NCBI GenBank assembly: GCA_963701025.1
Contig: OY969557.1
Coordinates: 368,622-432,621 of the forward strand
Origin: an uncultured bacterium
GTDB taxonomy: Bacteria > Patescibacteriota > Minisyncoccia > Phycocordibacterales > PALSA-1337
Length of the DNA: 64,000 bases
Direction: 5' to 3'
Shown here: in pieces, positions 37,253-47,357 of the stretch
How the letters are laid out: every line of letters begins with the position of its first letter
How positions within the stretch are numbered: position 1 is the first letter of the stretch
Translations under genes and position numbers: made by a program
Notes under the pieces: generated by a model
Seen by the model: only the letters and a program-made list of their open reading frames with translations
Told to the model about the DNA's origin: nothing
The model's database searches: none

Positions 37253-37603
37253 TTAATTGACGCTTCCGAGGGAGACGTCAACGACTTTCTTCGGAGTCCG
37301 GGCGGTGAATTGGCGGCCGCCGAGGAGGATTAGGATAGAACCTATGATGAAAAGGAGGTAGAAGAGGATCGACAAAGCGTTCTGATACGCCGACAATGGA
37401 TAGCCGAGCTCCGGTGAGAATATTATGGACGCCGCGGTGAGGACACCGAAGGTGATGAGCAACATGCCGAAAGAGATGAGCCGCATGGCTTTGCGCAGGG
37501 CGCTCAAGAACGGGCTCACTGATTGATACAGATACCCGGCCGAGACTACGCCGACGATGACGGCCGAGAAGATCATGATCGCCTGGATATCCGCCGTGGT
37601 CAT
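37253..37603 (-). CDS. Small membrane protein (three or four TM), hypothetical
   Basis: Hydrophobic 116-aa ORF. Confidence 0.45.
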   Translation of the reverse strand: MTTADIQAIMIFSAVIVGVVSAGYLYQSVSPFLSALRKAMRLISFGMLLITFGVLTAASIIFSPELGYPLSAYQNALSILFYLLFIIGSILILLGGRQFTARTPKKVVDVSLGSVN

Positions 37604-37720
37604 GGGGATATTATATCATAAATGAAATAGTTATCATCGAAGATATCCACTATTCAAATAATAGGGTTATTTTTTGGTGTGGCACGGTCGGCCTCTCTCC
37701 CTAACATACCCCCTATTTCA

Positions 37721-37812
37721 AATCTTGCTATAACAAGATTTTCCTATGGACATGGACGGGAAGAAGCCATTTTCTGGGAAAATTAACGCGGGAATCTTGC
37801 TGTGACAAGATT
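37721..37812 (+). promoter_or_regulatory. Two copies of a 7-bp-arm palindrome AATCTTG-N6-CAAGATT (37721-37740 and 37793-37812) upstream of the PadR gene; putative operator pair
   Basis: Both palindromes read directly. They lie 72 bp apart and 90-180 bp upstream of the PadR start. Confidence 0.5.
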
Positions 37813-37904
37813 TCAAAAAGAGGCATCAGACAGAACATGTCATTCCTCCCCAGCTCAAGAAAGCGAGCGGTGGCAAAAGTGGCAAAAAGAGTATAATAGA
37901 CGCC

Positions 37905-38372
37905 ATGCCTATTAAATTCCCCTCAATGAAACGTGGCCTGCTTGAGTTCGTAGTGCTCAAGACTCTCGTCGCTGAACCTATGTATGCCTCGCAACTTCTT
38001 GCCTATCTGGCAACAACCGAATTTCGGACGCCTGAAGGCACCCTCCATCCCCTATTGTGCAAACTACGCGGCCGCCGATTACTTGAGCAAAGCTATGAAG
38101 AATCAGACGGCGTCTCTGCCAGAAAATATTACTACCTTACAGATCTCGGCCGCACACACATGAAACACCTCGTGGAATATTGGAAAACCTTGAACGATAC
38201 TCTGGCGAATATCACCCCAGAACAAATCAGAAAAGACCGTGATGTCGCAAATGAATACGGCGCCCGATCTCACGCTCACACCTCCACCTTCGAGAACAGC
38301 CACGCGCCTATGGATAGGAAAAGCGCCGACACCCCGAGGATGACGAGAGCGTCCACGCCGATAGCGTATTGA
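37905..38372 (+). CDS. PadR-family transcriptional regulator
   Basis: Winged-helix PadR core (LEFVVLKTL...GTLHPLLCKL...YYYLTDLG). The C-terminal tail overlaps the convergent permease gene by 97 nt. Confidence 0.75.
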   Translation: MPIKFPSMKRGLLEFVVLKTLVAEPMYASQLLAYLATTEFRTPEGTLHPLLCKLRGRRLLEQSYEESDGVSARKYYYLTDLGRTHMKHLVEYWKTLNDTLANITPEQIRKDRDVANEYGARSHAHTSTFENSHAPMDRKSADTPRMTRASTPIAY

Positions 38373-39034
38373 GACATGCCGGTGAAGGCCGCTCGCAGGC
38401 CATCGACGCCATAAGACAGAGGATTGAAGAAAGCGATCCAACGTATGAAGGCCGGGGCGGTAGTCAACGGAAAGAGTGCGCCCGAAAGGAAGAAGAGCGG
38501 CATATTGACCAGGTTGATGATGAGGCCGAAACCTTGCATATCCTCCATCATCGAGGCTATGGCCGTGCCGAAGGCCGTGAAGACGAGAGCGATGCCGAAC
38601 ATGAAGAGCAATCCCCAGAGGATGGCGAATATATCGGGTCGGAAACCTATAACGATGGTGAGTATAAGAACGATAATACCCTGAATGAAGGCAGTAGTCG
38701 CTCCGCCCAATGTCCTGCCGAACATGATGGTCAGGCGCGAAACCGGGGCAACCATAGTCTCCTTGAGGAAGCCGAACTGCCGATCCCAGATGAGCTCGAT
38801 GCCCGAGAATACCGCCGTAAACATAATGGACATGGCGATGATGCCGGGCGACAGGAATTGTATATAGTTACCGGCGCCCGCGGCGGAGAAGATAGAGCCG
38901 AAGCCGTAGCCCAGAGCCACCAGGAATATGAGCGGCTGTCCCAGGCCGCCGATGATACGCGACTTCGAACGGAAGTAGCGCTTGATCTGGCGGAACCAAA
39001 GGATGTATACGGGGTATAAAACGCGGGAATTCAT
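38276..39034 (-). CDS. ABC-2 type exporter permease
   Basis: Six TM helices, ABC-2 family architecture. Confidence 0.8.
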   Translation of the reverse strand: MNSRVLYPVYILWFRQIKRYFRSKSRIIGGLGQPLIFLVALGYGFGSIFSAAGAGNYIQFLSPGIIAMSIMFTAVFSGIELIWDRQFGFLKETMVAPVSRLTIMFGRTLGGATTAFIQGIIVLILTIVIGFRPDIFAILWGLLFMFGIALVFTAFGTAIASMMEDMQGFGLIINLVNMPLFFLSGALFPLTTAPAFIRWIAFFNPLSYGVDGLRAAFTGMSQYAIGVDALVILGVSALFLSIGAWLFSKVEV

Positions 39035-39086
39035 GGTTGGGGAATTAATCTAATTTCTAATTTCCGCCAGCTGGCGGACTAATTAC

Positions 39087-39917
39087 CTAACGGCGGCCGC
39101 CACTAAAGGCTTGCCGCATCTGACGCAAATGATCCAGACCGCCCGCTTCCTGCTCGCGGATCTCATGACCGGTCAGCTTGATGAAGGCGTCTTCCAGATT
39201 GGCCGTGCCGGAAGCGGCGATTATGTTCGCTGGGGTATCGCTAGCGATGATCTTGCCATGATCAATGACGGCAACCTGTTGGGCGGAGCGCTCGGCTTCT
39301 TCCATGTAATGCGTGGTGAAAAAGATGGTCAAGCCCTGTTCTTCGTTGAGCTTCTTCAAGTACGTCCATATGTAGTTCCTGGTCTGCGGATCAAGGCCTG
39401 TGGTCGGCTCATCGAGAAAGAGGATGGCCGGTGTGTGCAGAAGCCCGCGGGCGATCTCCAGGCGCCGCTTCATGCCGCCGGAAAAGGTCTTGACCAGGCT
39501 GTCCTTGCGGTCCCAGAGCTCCACGAACTTCATCAAGTCTTCGATCTTCCTGGGCGTCTCCGCGCGCGGCACGCCATAGAGGCCGGCGTGGAAGAACATG
39601 TTCTCGTAGGCGGTGAGCTCGTCGTCGAGCGAAGGATCCTGGAAGACGATGCCGAACGACTGCCGCACGTCATGCGAACGCCGGACGGGATCCATGCCGT
39701 TCACGTGGATCGTGCCCGACGTCGGGTGAACCAGGGTCGTGAGCATTTTGATGGTGGTGGTCTTGCCCGCTCCGTTCGGGCCCAGGAAGGCGAAGATCGA
39801 GCCGGCGGGCACATCGAAAGATATATTATCGACAGCCTTCAAGCCGCCCTTGAACGTCTTGGTCAAGTTCTTGACGGAAATGGCTACTGTCTTTTCTGAT
39901 TGGTTCGGTTGGGGCAT
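39087..39917 (-). CDS. ABC transporter ATP-binding protein (DrrA-like)
   Basis: GPNGAGKTT, LSGGMKRRLEIARGL, LFLDEPTTGLD. Confidence 0.85.
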   Translation of the reverse strand: MPQPNQSEKTVAISVKNLTKTFKGGLKAVDNISFDVPAGSIFAFLGPNGAGKTTTIKMLTTLVHPTSGTIHVNGMDPVRRSHDVRQSFGIVFQDPSLDDELTAYENMFFHAGLYGVPRAETPRKIEDLMKFVELWDRKDSLVKTFSGGMKRRLEIARGLLHTPAILFLDEPTTGLDPQTRNYIWTYLKKLNEEQGLTIFFTTHYMEEAERSAQQVAVIDHGKIIASDTPANIIAASGTANLEDAFIKLTGHEIREQEAGGLDHLRQMRQAFSGGRR

Positions 39918-40095
39918 AGCAATAGAGACGGATGAATGGCGCTTATAATACATACTACCATTCGATGAATTGCGGTGCGAGGGTTTTTGGTGGCGTCATC
40001 CCTGAATCATATATCTTTACATTATATCGTTATTTGACTTTCGACGAGATATACTATTAAATCAACATCAAAAGACCGAAACTGGAAGGAACATT

Positions 40096-40536
40096 ATGAA
40101 ATGCGACATATGCAAGAAGCCAAATCCGGAACTGTTGATAATCCTGCCTATTCATCAAGCAGACGGGAGACTCGACACCATAGCCTGCGAAAAGTGCGCC
40201 AAGGAGTCGAAAGCATACTGTAAGAAACACCGCCGTCCTCACCAAGGCTTCATTGACGGCACAACTGCTTGCTTACAGTGCATCGAGGAGTTGGTGAAAG
40301 TCAACAAAGACGACGCCACATCCATCAGGGACCGCGTGCGGGAAGCCTTGCCACGAGATCAGGTCGAAGATCTAAATGATGCCGCAGAAATCAGCGCGGA
40401 AGTGACGGGCAGTTCCGAAAGCATCGCTGTACTACGCTTCATCGCATCAAAAGCGATGCGCTCGAATCAGACGATCGAAGAGGTGATCAATGAAATCACC
40501 GAATCACATTCCGTCGACTACATTCTCTGGAGATGA
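40096..40536 (+). CDS. Cys-rich zinc-binding hypothetical protein
   Basis: CDICKK...CEKC...CLQC motifs. Confidence 0.5.
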   Translation: MKCDICKKPNPELLIILPIHQADGRLDTIACEKCAKESKAYCKKHRRPHQGFIDGTTACLQCIEELVKVNKDDATSIRDRVREALPRDQVEDLNDAAEISAEVTGSSESIAVLRFIASKAMRSNQTIEEVINEITESHSVDYILWR

Positions 40537-40565
40537 CAAGGGCCGTGTTTGTCACTTCAGGCCGC

Positions 40566-40596
40566 CAAACTTTATCTGGCGGTTTTTTATTCGCTA
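40566..40596 (+). terminator. Rho-independent terminator
   Basis: The hairpin ccgcca-aactttatc-tggcgg is followed by ttttttatt. Confidence 0.6.
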
Positions 40597-40600
40597 TCCC

Positions 40601-41645
40601 TCACAGCACCGGCTCGTATTTCTTTTTCCTAAATAGCCAGCCTTCAAGCGAGTATCTGTCGTAGCCGTAGAATATGTAAGCGATGGGGATGCCGATCAAG
40701 ATGAGGTGCGGCCAGACGACTTCGCCGAAAAAGATGAGGGAGAGCGTCAACCAGAAGAGAAGAAAAAAGGCGGTGAAGCGGATCTCGATGCCGAGGATGA
40801 AGAACAGACCGATGGCAAGCTCGACGATAGCGGCGCCTAGGACCAGGAAATGCGGCTCGAAGCCGAGGATCTTGTCCAGGTGGTATTGCTCCACGGTGAA
40901 AAGAGCCAGATTATTGTGGATGATCTTGGCATAAGCCGAGGCATATATGAGGGCCACGCCGAAGAGGACGCGCAGGATCATGAAGCTCCGCGGGGCGAGA
41001 TAGGCCTGGACCTTATTGACAACCTTTTTCTTCGTCGCCATGAGTGTATCCAAGCTGAAGTTATGCGAGCCGAGAATGAGAAGGACGATGATCTCGCCCA
41101 GATAATTCACATAGGTCAGCATGTACCAGCCGTGATTCCGGATGGCGATGACATAGAGTACGAGAGCGACCAGCGCGGCCAGGCGGACATAAAGACCCAA
41201 GATAGCCATAATGCCTATGACCACGAGCACGATCGTTACCAGTCCTGCCCACAGCCCGAAATTCTGGGCCAGCGGTAATTCGGGACCGTATATCGTCTTG
41301 ATAATACGCAGCCGCCAAGAACGACACGCCGATGGTCACGCGAGCGATCGTGGTGGCGTATTTGCGGAGCTTGATCAGCATCGGATCCAGCCTGCGCTCG
41401 AGGAAACGCAGGGTGGATATCCAGAAGACACCGAAGACCGTGAGCACGCCGATGAAAGCCCAGAAAGAGAATTGGCCGATATTATCCATGGCCACGTCGA
41501 ACAGATTGAATGAGGGCGTATCTATAGCTTGGGTGACTTGGCCGGACGTGAGGACATAGACTTCGTGGGCGGAGGAGAGGGTTGGAACAGCGATCACCAC
41601 TAACATAATGGCCGCGAACGCGAATAAAGACATACGATTGATCAT
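40601..41645 (-). pseudogene. Large polytopic membrane protein (DoxX-like C-terminal half) split by an apparent frameshift near 41300
   Basis: The ORF 41645-41061 (signal plus TM, ...FLAAAYY) and ORF 41230-40601 are both hydrophobic. The upstream extension of the second frame (…IIKTIYGPELPLAQNFGLWAGLVTIV) joins the first with a single-nt shift. Confidence 0.5.
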
Positions 41646-43432
41646 GATGTTTTTACTATATGTTTAAACGCATACTCCAGCGTCCCGCCAACTTTCTTCC
41701 CCGGATTGAAAACGCCTTTCGGATCCCAGATCTTCTTTGCCTCTTCGAAAAGTTTGTAGACTTCTTCGCCGTACTGCATCTTGACGAACGGCGTCCTGAT
41801 AATACCATCATTGTGCTCGCCAGTGATGGAACCATGGAATTCGTGGACGAGAGTGTAGACCTTGACTGACAATTCTTCGATGATCTTGTGGGCCTTCGGA
41901 TCGGCCAGATCCATGAGCGGGATGATATGGAAATTGCCGTCGCCGACGTGGCCGGCGATGGTATAGGTCAAGTCCTTCTTGTAGGGCTCGAGCAAGGCAT
42001 AGAGCTTTGGCAGAAAGACCGGCAAATCCTTCGGCATGACCACGAAATCGTCTATGAACGGCGCCGTGCGCACGCCGTGGATATGTTTGCGGAGCATGTT
42101 GAAGCTCTCGCGTCGGATGACCCAGTATTTATTCTCGTCGTTGGTGGTTTTCGTCACCCGGGTCTTTTCATGGAATTGTTTGAGTGAAGTTTGCGCCTTT
42201 GTGGCCATGCTCAAGGCTTCTTCGTCGGAATCGGCCGTGAATTCAGCCATGAGGACGAGCTTCGGCAAGCCGCCTTCGAGTACAGCCACCATCTCCGGCA
42301 CGAATTCGAGGCCAAGGGTCAGCAAATTGCCGCCCATCTGCTTCATCAGTTGAGGCAGGAATTTGAAAGCGACTTTCAGGGTCTGATCATCGTACGATTC
42401 GAAACTCTCGGGCTTGAAATCGAGTATATGCGTGGCGGTATCGCCGAGCTGGTCGAGACTGGTCAGGAATACGACCAACAGATGTGAATACTTTTTCGGC
42501 TTGACCAAAGCGAATTCTATTTCGGTGATGAGGCCGAGCGTGCCTTGAGAGCCGACGATCATCTTGGTCAGGTCGAAATAGGGTATAGGGTTTAGGGTAT
42601 AGTCCTCTACCCTATCCCCTACACCCTTGTTCATCACATTCCATAGGTAATAGCCACAGGAATTCTTCGAGACTATAGGCTTTGCTTTTTGAAGAAGTTC
42701 GTAGTTGGAGTCGATGAGGTCGAACATTTTGCGGTAAATTTCGCCCTCGAAGGTGGGCAGTTTCTTTTTTTCCTCCACTTTAGTCGAGTAAAGTGGCTTG
42801 AATTCATACTCATTGCCGTCGGCACAGACCATCTTTAACCGTCTGATATATCTTTCAGTTTTGCCATAGGTCAACGTCTTCTCACCGCCGGCATTATTCG
42901 CCACCATACCGCCCACGGTGCACAGCTCGCGCGACGCCGGATATGACGGCATGATCTGTCCTCCTTTCTCCAAAGTAGCCTTATCAAAATCGCGATAGTA
43001 AACGCCTGGTTCGGTCACGGCATAACCTGATATTTCCACGCCATTTATATCCTCTTGCTTCTCTTCTTTGACCTTTTTTATATGATTGAAATATTTCGTA
43101 AATGAGACGACGACTGACTCTGTGAGCGGCCCGCCTGACATATCCGTGCCGGCCGAACGCGCGGTCAAGGTGACAAGTGGTTTTGGTTCCGCACTCGCCT
43201 TGCCGCCCGGCGGGGTGTTACGGCCAAGCGCGTATTTGACTAATTTCTTGATGTCTTCGACATCCTTCGGATGGACGACCGCCTGCGGCCTGACCTCAAA
43301 TAGGCTCGCGTCATGGCTGGCGGCGACGAGCGATTCGTCTGATGTCTCGACGTCGCCGGAGATGAGTGACGAGAGATCTGAAGCTTTCAGCATGGGTAGA
43401 ATTATAACACGGGCGCAAGAACATATTGACAA
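41642..43432 (-). CDS. FAD-linked oxidase (GlcD/D-lactate dehydrogenase family; FAD_binding_4 plus C-terminal domain)
   Basis: FAD-binding PCMH motifs (ARSAGTDMSGGPL) and a C-terminal FAD-oxidase_C region. Confidence 0.8.
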   Translation of the reverse strand: MSICSCARVIILPMLKASDLSSLISGDVETSDESLVAASHDASLFEVRPQAVVHPKDVEDIKKLVKYALGRNTPPGGKASAEPKPLVTLTARSAGTDMSGGPLTESVVVSFTKYFNHIKKVKEEKQEDINGVEISGYAVTEPGVYYRDFDKATLEKGGQIMPSYPASRELCTVGGMVANNAGGEKTLTYGKTERYIRRLKMVCADGNEYEFKPLYSTKVEEKKKLPTFEGEIYRKMFDLIDSNYELLQKAKPIVSKNSCGYYLWNVMNKGVGDRVEDYTLNPIPYFDLTKMIVGSQGTLGLITEIEFALVKPKKYSHLLVVFLTSLDQLGDTATHILDFKPESFESYDDQTLKVAFKFLPQLMKQMGGNLLTLGLEFVPEMVAVLEGGLPKLVLMAEFTADSDEEALSMATKAQTSLKQFHEKTRVTKTTNDENKYWVIRRESFNMLRKHIHGVRTAPFIDDFVVMPKDLPVFLPKLYALLEPYKKDLTYTIAGHVGDGNFHIIPLMDLADPKAHKIIEELSVKVYTLVHEFHGSITGEHNDGIIRTPFVKMQYGEEVYKLFEEAKKIWDPKGVFNPGKKVGGTLEYAFKHIVKTS

Positions 43433-43498
43433 AAGAACGATTTGATATAGTCTTCATATTCGGGTATCACAGAAACAACAGAAAACAAAAGAGAAACT

Positions 43499-43927
43499 AT
43501 GGACACGAAAACACGCAGAGTCCTTCGACCGAACTTCGAAAAACGCGGCGGATTGATCACAGTGGTCGCCACGGACGTATTCACGGGAAATGTCCTGATG
43601 GTCGCCTACACGGATGAGGCCGGCTTTATGGAGACCTTGAAGACGGGCGAGGCCGTCTATTATTCCACTTCGCGTAAAAAACGCTGGAAAAAAGGCGAGG
43701 AGAGCGGCGATATCCAGAAAGTACGCCAAGTCCTCATTGATTGCGACGGCGATGCCGTCATCTACCTCGTGGAGCAATGCGGTGACGGGGCGTGCCATAC
43801 AAAAGCCAAAAGTTGCTTTTATCGCGATGTCCTTGAGGGGTTCGAGATCATGAAGGCCCCAAAATCCGGCGCCAAGGAAGAATTACCTTTCATCGAAGTC
43901 GAAGTCTCCTCGAGCCTCCGAGGCTGA
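43499..43927 (+). CDS. hisI: Phosphoribosyl-AMP cyclohydrolase
   Basis: LITVVATDVFTGNVLMVAYTDEAGFMETLKTGEAVYYSTSRKKRWKKGEESGDIQKV...DCDGDAVIY...GDGACHT...SCFYR matches the HisI signature. Confidence 0.8.
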   Translation: MDTKTRRVLRPNFEKRGGLITVVATDVFTGNVLMVAYTDEAGFMETLKTGEAVYYSTSRKKRWKKGEESGDIQKVRQVLIDCDGDAVIYLVEQCGDGACHTKAKSCFYRDVLEGFEIMKAPKSGAKEELPFIEVEVSSSLRG

Positions 43928-44019
43928 CGGAAGCGAAGACCAAAAGCTCACCCGAGCCATTGGTCTTTTTTATTACACTACCTTCTTATCGCGCCAACTT
44001 AACATGCTATACTCGAACC

Positions 44020-44496
44020 ATGAGAGAGATCCCGGAAAAGAACATCCGCACCATATTTGTCGTCAGCCTCTTCATCAAGGCCTTCGACGCCATCCTGGAA
44101 GTCATCGGTGGCATCATACTGTTCATGCCTGCCAGCTTGGCAAAGCTTTTTTCATCCCTCACCTCCGGCGAATTGGCCGAGGATCCGACGTCCTTCACCG
44201 CCAATCATATCCGCGATCTCATACCGTATTTGTCATCGAATGGCATCCTGTTCGGCGCCTTTTATCTCTTGTCGCACGGCATAATCAAGCTCATCCTTGT
44301 CGGTGGCCTTCTCCGGCGAAAGCTCTGGATGTATCCGACGGCCATCGTCATCTTCGCCCTCTTCGTCATCTATCAACTCTATCGTTTCTCATACACCCAT
44401 TCGATCTTCATGATCGTCCTCACCGTCTTCGATCTATTCCTGATCGCCCTGACCTGGCATGAATACCGGTTCATGAAAAAAGGCATCGTTACATAA
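44020..44496 (+). CDS. DUF2127-like membrane protein
   Basis: Four TM helices. Confidence 0.5.
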   Translation: MREIPEKNIRTIFVVSLFIKAFDAILEVIGGIILFMPASLAKLFSSLTSGELAEDPTSFTANHIRDLIPYLSSNGILFGAFYLLSHGIIKLILVGGLLRRKLWMYPTAIVIFALFVIYQLYRFSYTHSIFMIVLTVFDLFLIALTWHEYRFMKKGIVT

Positions 44497-44521
44497 TGAA
44501 CCGCTTAAAAAAGCCTTAACA

Positions 44522-44920
44522 TTACCACCCGAGCGAATAGACCCACGGCTGGCTGACGGCCACGAGTGCCAGGATAGCCGCGGCCAGGGCCATATTCTTC
44601 TCGAAGTTGATCTTCTCCGAATATTTTTGACCAGGATCTTGGACTTTCCAGTAGGCGTGGATCTTCCATGAGACGCCGATGAGGAATATGACCAATGCGG
44701 CGATGCCATAGTACGGCCAGACGCCGAGGAGGATGGACAAAGCTCCGAAGAGGGCGAGAACGCCCGTGCCGATGACGGCGAGCTTGGCCGTGCGGACGGA
44801 ACTCACCCCCTTAGACTGGGTATAGCCGACGAGACCGGCTGATTTGAAGATATGGTTGTACGCCACATTCAGCCAGTAGAGGCAGAGAGCGGCGCGGGCG
44901 ATGAGGAATATGATTACCAT
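44522..44920 (-). CDS. DoxX-family membrane protein
   Basis: Four TM helices, ~130 aa. Confidence 0.55.
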   Translation of the reverse strand: MVIIFLIARAALCLYWLNVAYNHIFKSAGLVGYTQSKGVSSVRTAKLAVIGTGVLALFGALSILLGVWPYYGIAALVIFLIGVSWKIHAYWKVQDPGQKYSEKINFEKNMALAAAILALVAVSQPWVYSLGW

Positions 44921-44989
44921 GGCGGTGATATAGGTTAACCGATGCTAATGGGATAAGAATATCATGATATAATCCCTGCATACAATTAC

Positions 44990-45394
44990 ATGAGCAATGC
45001 TATCGTACAAGTCGGACCGTCCGAAGAGATCGCGCCGGGTAAGCGCGTGATACGCGCCCTTCTGGGCGGAAGATTCAGCGCGGAAGAGATACCACTGCTC
45101 GAAGCATGGGCTGACGGCCTGCATAAGTCGATAGAAACTGAAGCCGCCGGAAAAAGCCGGTCCGTCTGCGTCCTTATGGATATCAGCGGCATGGATACAT
45201 ACGACGATCCCAAAGTCATCGATATCCTGGCCGATCTCATGAAGAAGGACAACCCCTACATCCGCAAGACCGCCACCTGGGGCGGCAATGACATCCTCGA
45301 GATGGTGGAGCAGGTCGTCCGCAGTATGGCCGGTCGCGACAATATAATGAATTTCAAGACGGAGAAAGAGGCTTTGAAGTGGTTACAAGAATAG
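44990..45394 (+). CDS. Hypothetical protein (STAS/SpoIIAA-like?)
   Basis: 134-aa ORF with coding-like composition. Confidence 0.4.
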   Translation: MSNAIVQVGPSEEIAPGKRVIRALLGGRFSAEEIPLLEAWADGLHKSIETEAAGKSRSVCVLMDISGMDTYDDPKVIDILADLMKKDNPYIRKTATWGGNDILEMVEQVVRSMAGRDNIMNFKTEKEALKWLQE

Positions 45395-45420
45395 GATATA
45401 CATTGTAGGAATGTCCTTGT

Positions 45421-47350
45421 TTACCTCCTCCTCCCCCTCCCGGCCCTTAAAGCGTTCCCTATCGGAATAAAGTCGGTCAGGAAATTAAACGCCGCAGCGC
45501 CGGCTGGTCCTAAAACGCCCAGGCCGGGGATGCCGACGGTGACCCAGACGAGGCCGAAGGCGTTGGTCACGGCCCAGATGCCGAAGCATTGCCACATGAT
45601 GGCCCTGACCTGGCGGGCGGTCTTCATGGTCTCCGGCAGGCGGCGCAGGTGGTCGTGCATGATGGTGATGTCGGCCGCTTCGATGGCCGCGTCGGAGCCG
45701 ATGCCGCCCATGGCGATGCCAACGTCGGCCAGAGCCAATGAAGCCGCGTCATTCACCCCGTCGCCGATATAGGCGACGACTTCCGGTTCTTTCTCGCGCT
45801 CGAAACGGTTGACGAAAGCCACTTTCGATTCCGGCGTCATATTGGCATGGAAATGCCTGATGCCGAGCTCGCCGGCCACGGCCGCCGCGGCATGCTCGTT
45901 GTCGCCGGTCAGCATGTGCCATTCCTTGACTCCGTAAACTCCGGTTTCTGCAATGATGTCTTTGGCATGAGGACGCAATTCGTCGCGATATGACAGAAGA
46001 CCGGCCACTTCCCCGCCGATAGCCAGGACAACCACGCCGCGTCCGGCGTCTTTCTCCAGATCGATGTCTTTCTTTATTTGCTCGGGAATGCGCACGCCAT
46101 TGGACTCCATGAATGAAAGACGGCCGAGGAGCATGTGCTCATTGCCGTGGCTGTACGACACGCCCTGACCCGACACTTCCTCCGACTGATGCGGCGCGTG
46201 GATGGCGATATTCTTTGTCCTGATGTAATCGAGAATGGCCCGCGAGACCGCGTGCTTGGACTCCGAAGCGCCCATGCCGGCGCGGTTCAGGACCGTATTC
46301 GCGGAGAAAGCGCCATACGTCTTCACCTCCACTATCTTCGGCTTGCCCCGGGTCAAAGTGCCGGTCTTGTCGGTCAATATGTATTTCGTCCGAGAAAGCT
46401 GTTCAAAAGCGGCCGAGCCTTTGACGATGACGCCGCGCTTGGCGGTGCGGGCGATAGCGGAGGTGAAAGCCAATGGCACGGCCACGGCGATGTCGTCGGC
46501 GCAGACCACGAGAAGGATGGCCAGTATCTCATTCGGAGACAGGCCATAGAGATAGAGGGCGAATGAGCCCGCGAGCGACAGACCTATGTACCACTGGGTG
46601 AAAGTATCAGCCACTCGCTCGGCCCGGCTCTTTGACCGGCTGGCCTCTTCGACCAGAGCCATGATGCGGGCCAGCGTCGAATCCTTGCCGATCTTCTCGG
46701 CCCTGACCACAAGCGAGCCGCTCTCGTTCACCGTGGCGGTGAAGACGCTGCTACCGGCTTTTTTCGGCACGAGCTCGCTCTCGCCGGTCAGCGACGACTC
46801 GTCGACCTCGGCTTCGCCGGAGACGACCGTGCCGTCGACAGGCATGCGATCGCCGGATTCGACCACTATATGGTCGCCGACTTTGACCTGGCTGATGTGT
46901 ATATCTCTGACCGTCTCGCCGTCTTGGATGCGGACGTTCTCGACGTGATATTTCATCAAGCTCTCGATGACCTTCTTGGCCCGAGATCTGGGTGACATGA
47001 TCGAAGACCCGGGCGCAGGCCAGCATGAGGGTGATGAAGGCGGCCGAAGACCACTGATGGGCAAGGAGCGAGAAAGCTAGGGCGACCGACGCTAGAAGGT
47101 CGACCGAGACGCGCCTGTGGGCGATCGACTTCGCGGCGCTTATAAGGACCGGGATGAGGCCGAGGAAAGAAAGGACGGCGAGGATGATGGTCAGGATGGG
47201 CTTCACTCCCGCCGGAAATGGCATGAAAAGAGCGATGAGTGAAAGAGTCGTGAGTGCGATGAGGAAGATGTCGAAGGTGAATAGGAATCTGCCGCTACGG
47301 CCGATCTTGGCGGCGGCTTTGGATTCCTGGCAGGCTGTAGCAGAGAACAT
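45421..47350 (-). pseudogene. Cation-transporting P-type ATPase split by a frameshift near 46950-47000
   Basis: An N-terminal TM ORF (47350-46751) and an ORF 47064-45421 containing DKTGTLT, TGDN and GDGVNDA motifs. The frames are displaced by one nucleotide. Confidence 0.6.
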
Positions 47351-47357
47351 GGGGATA

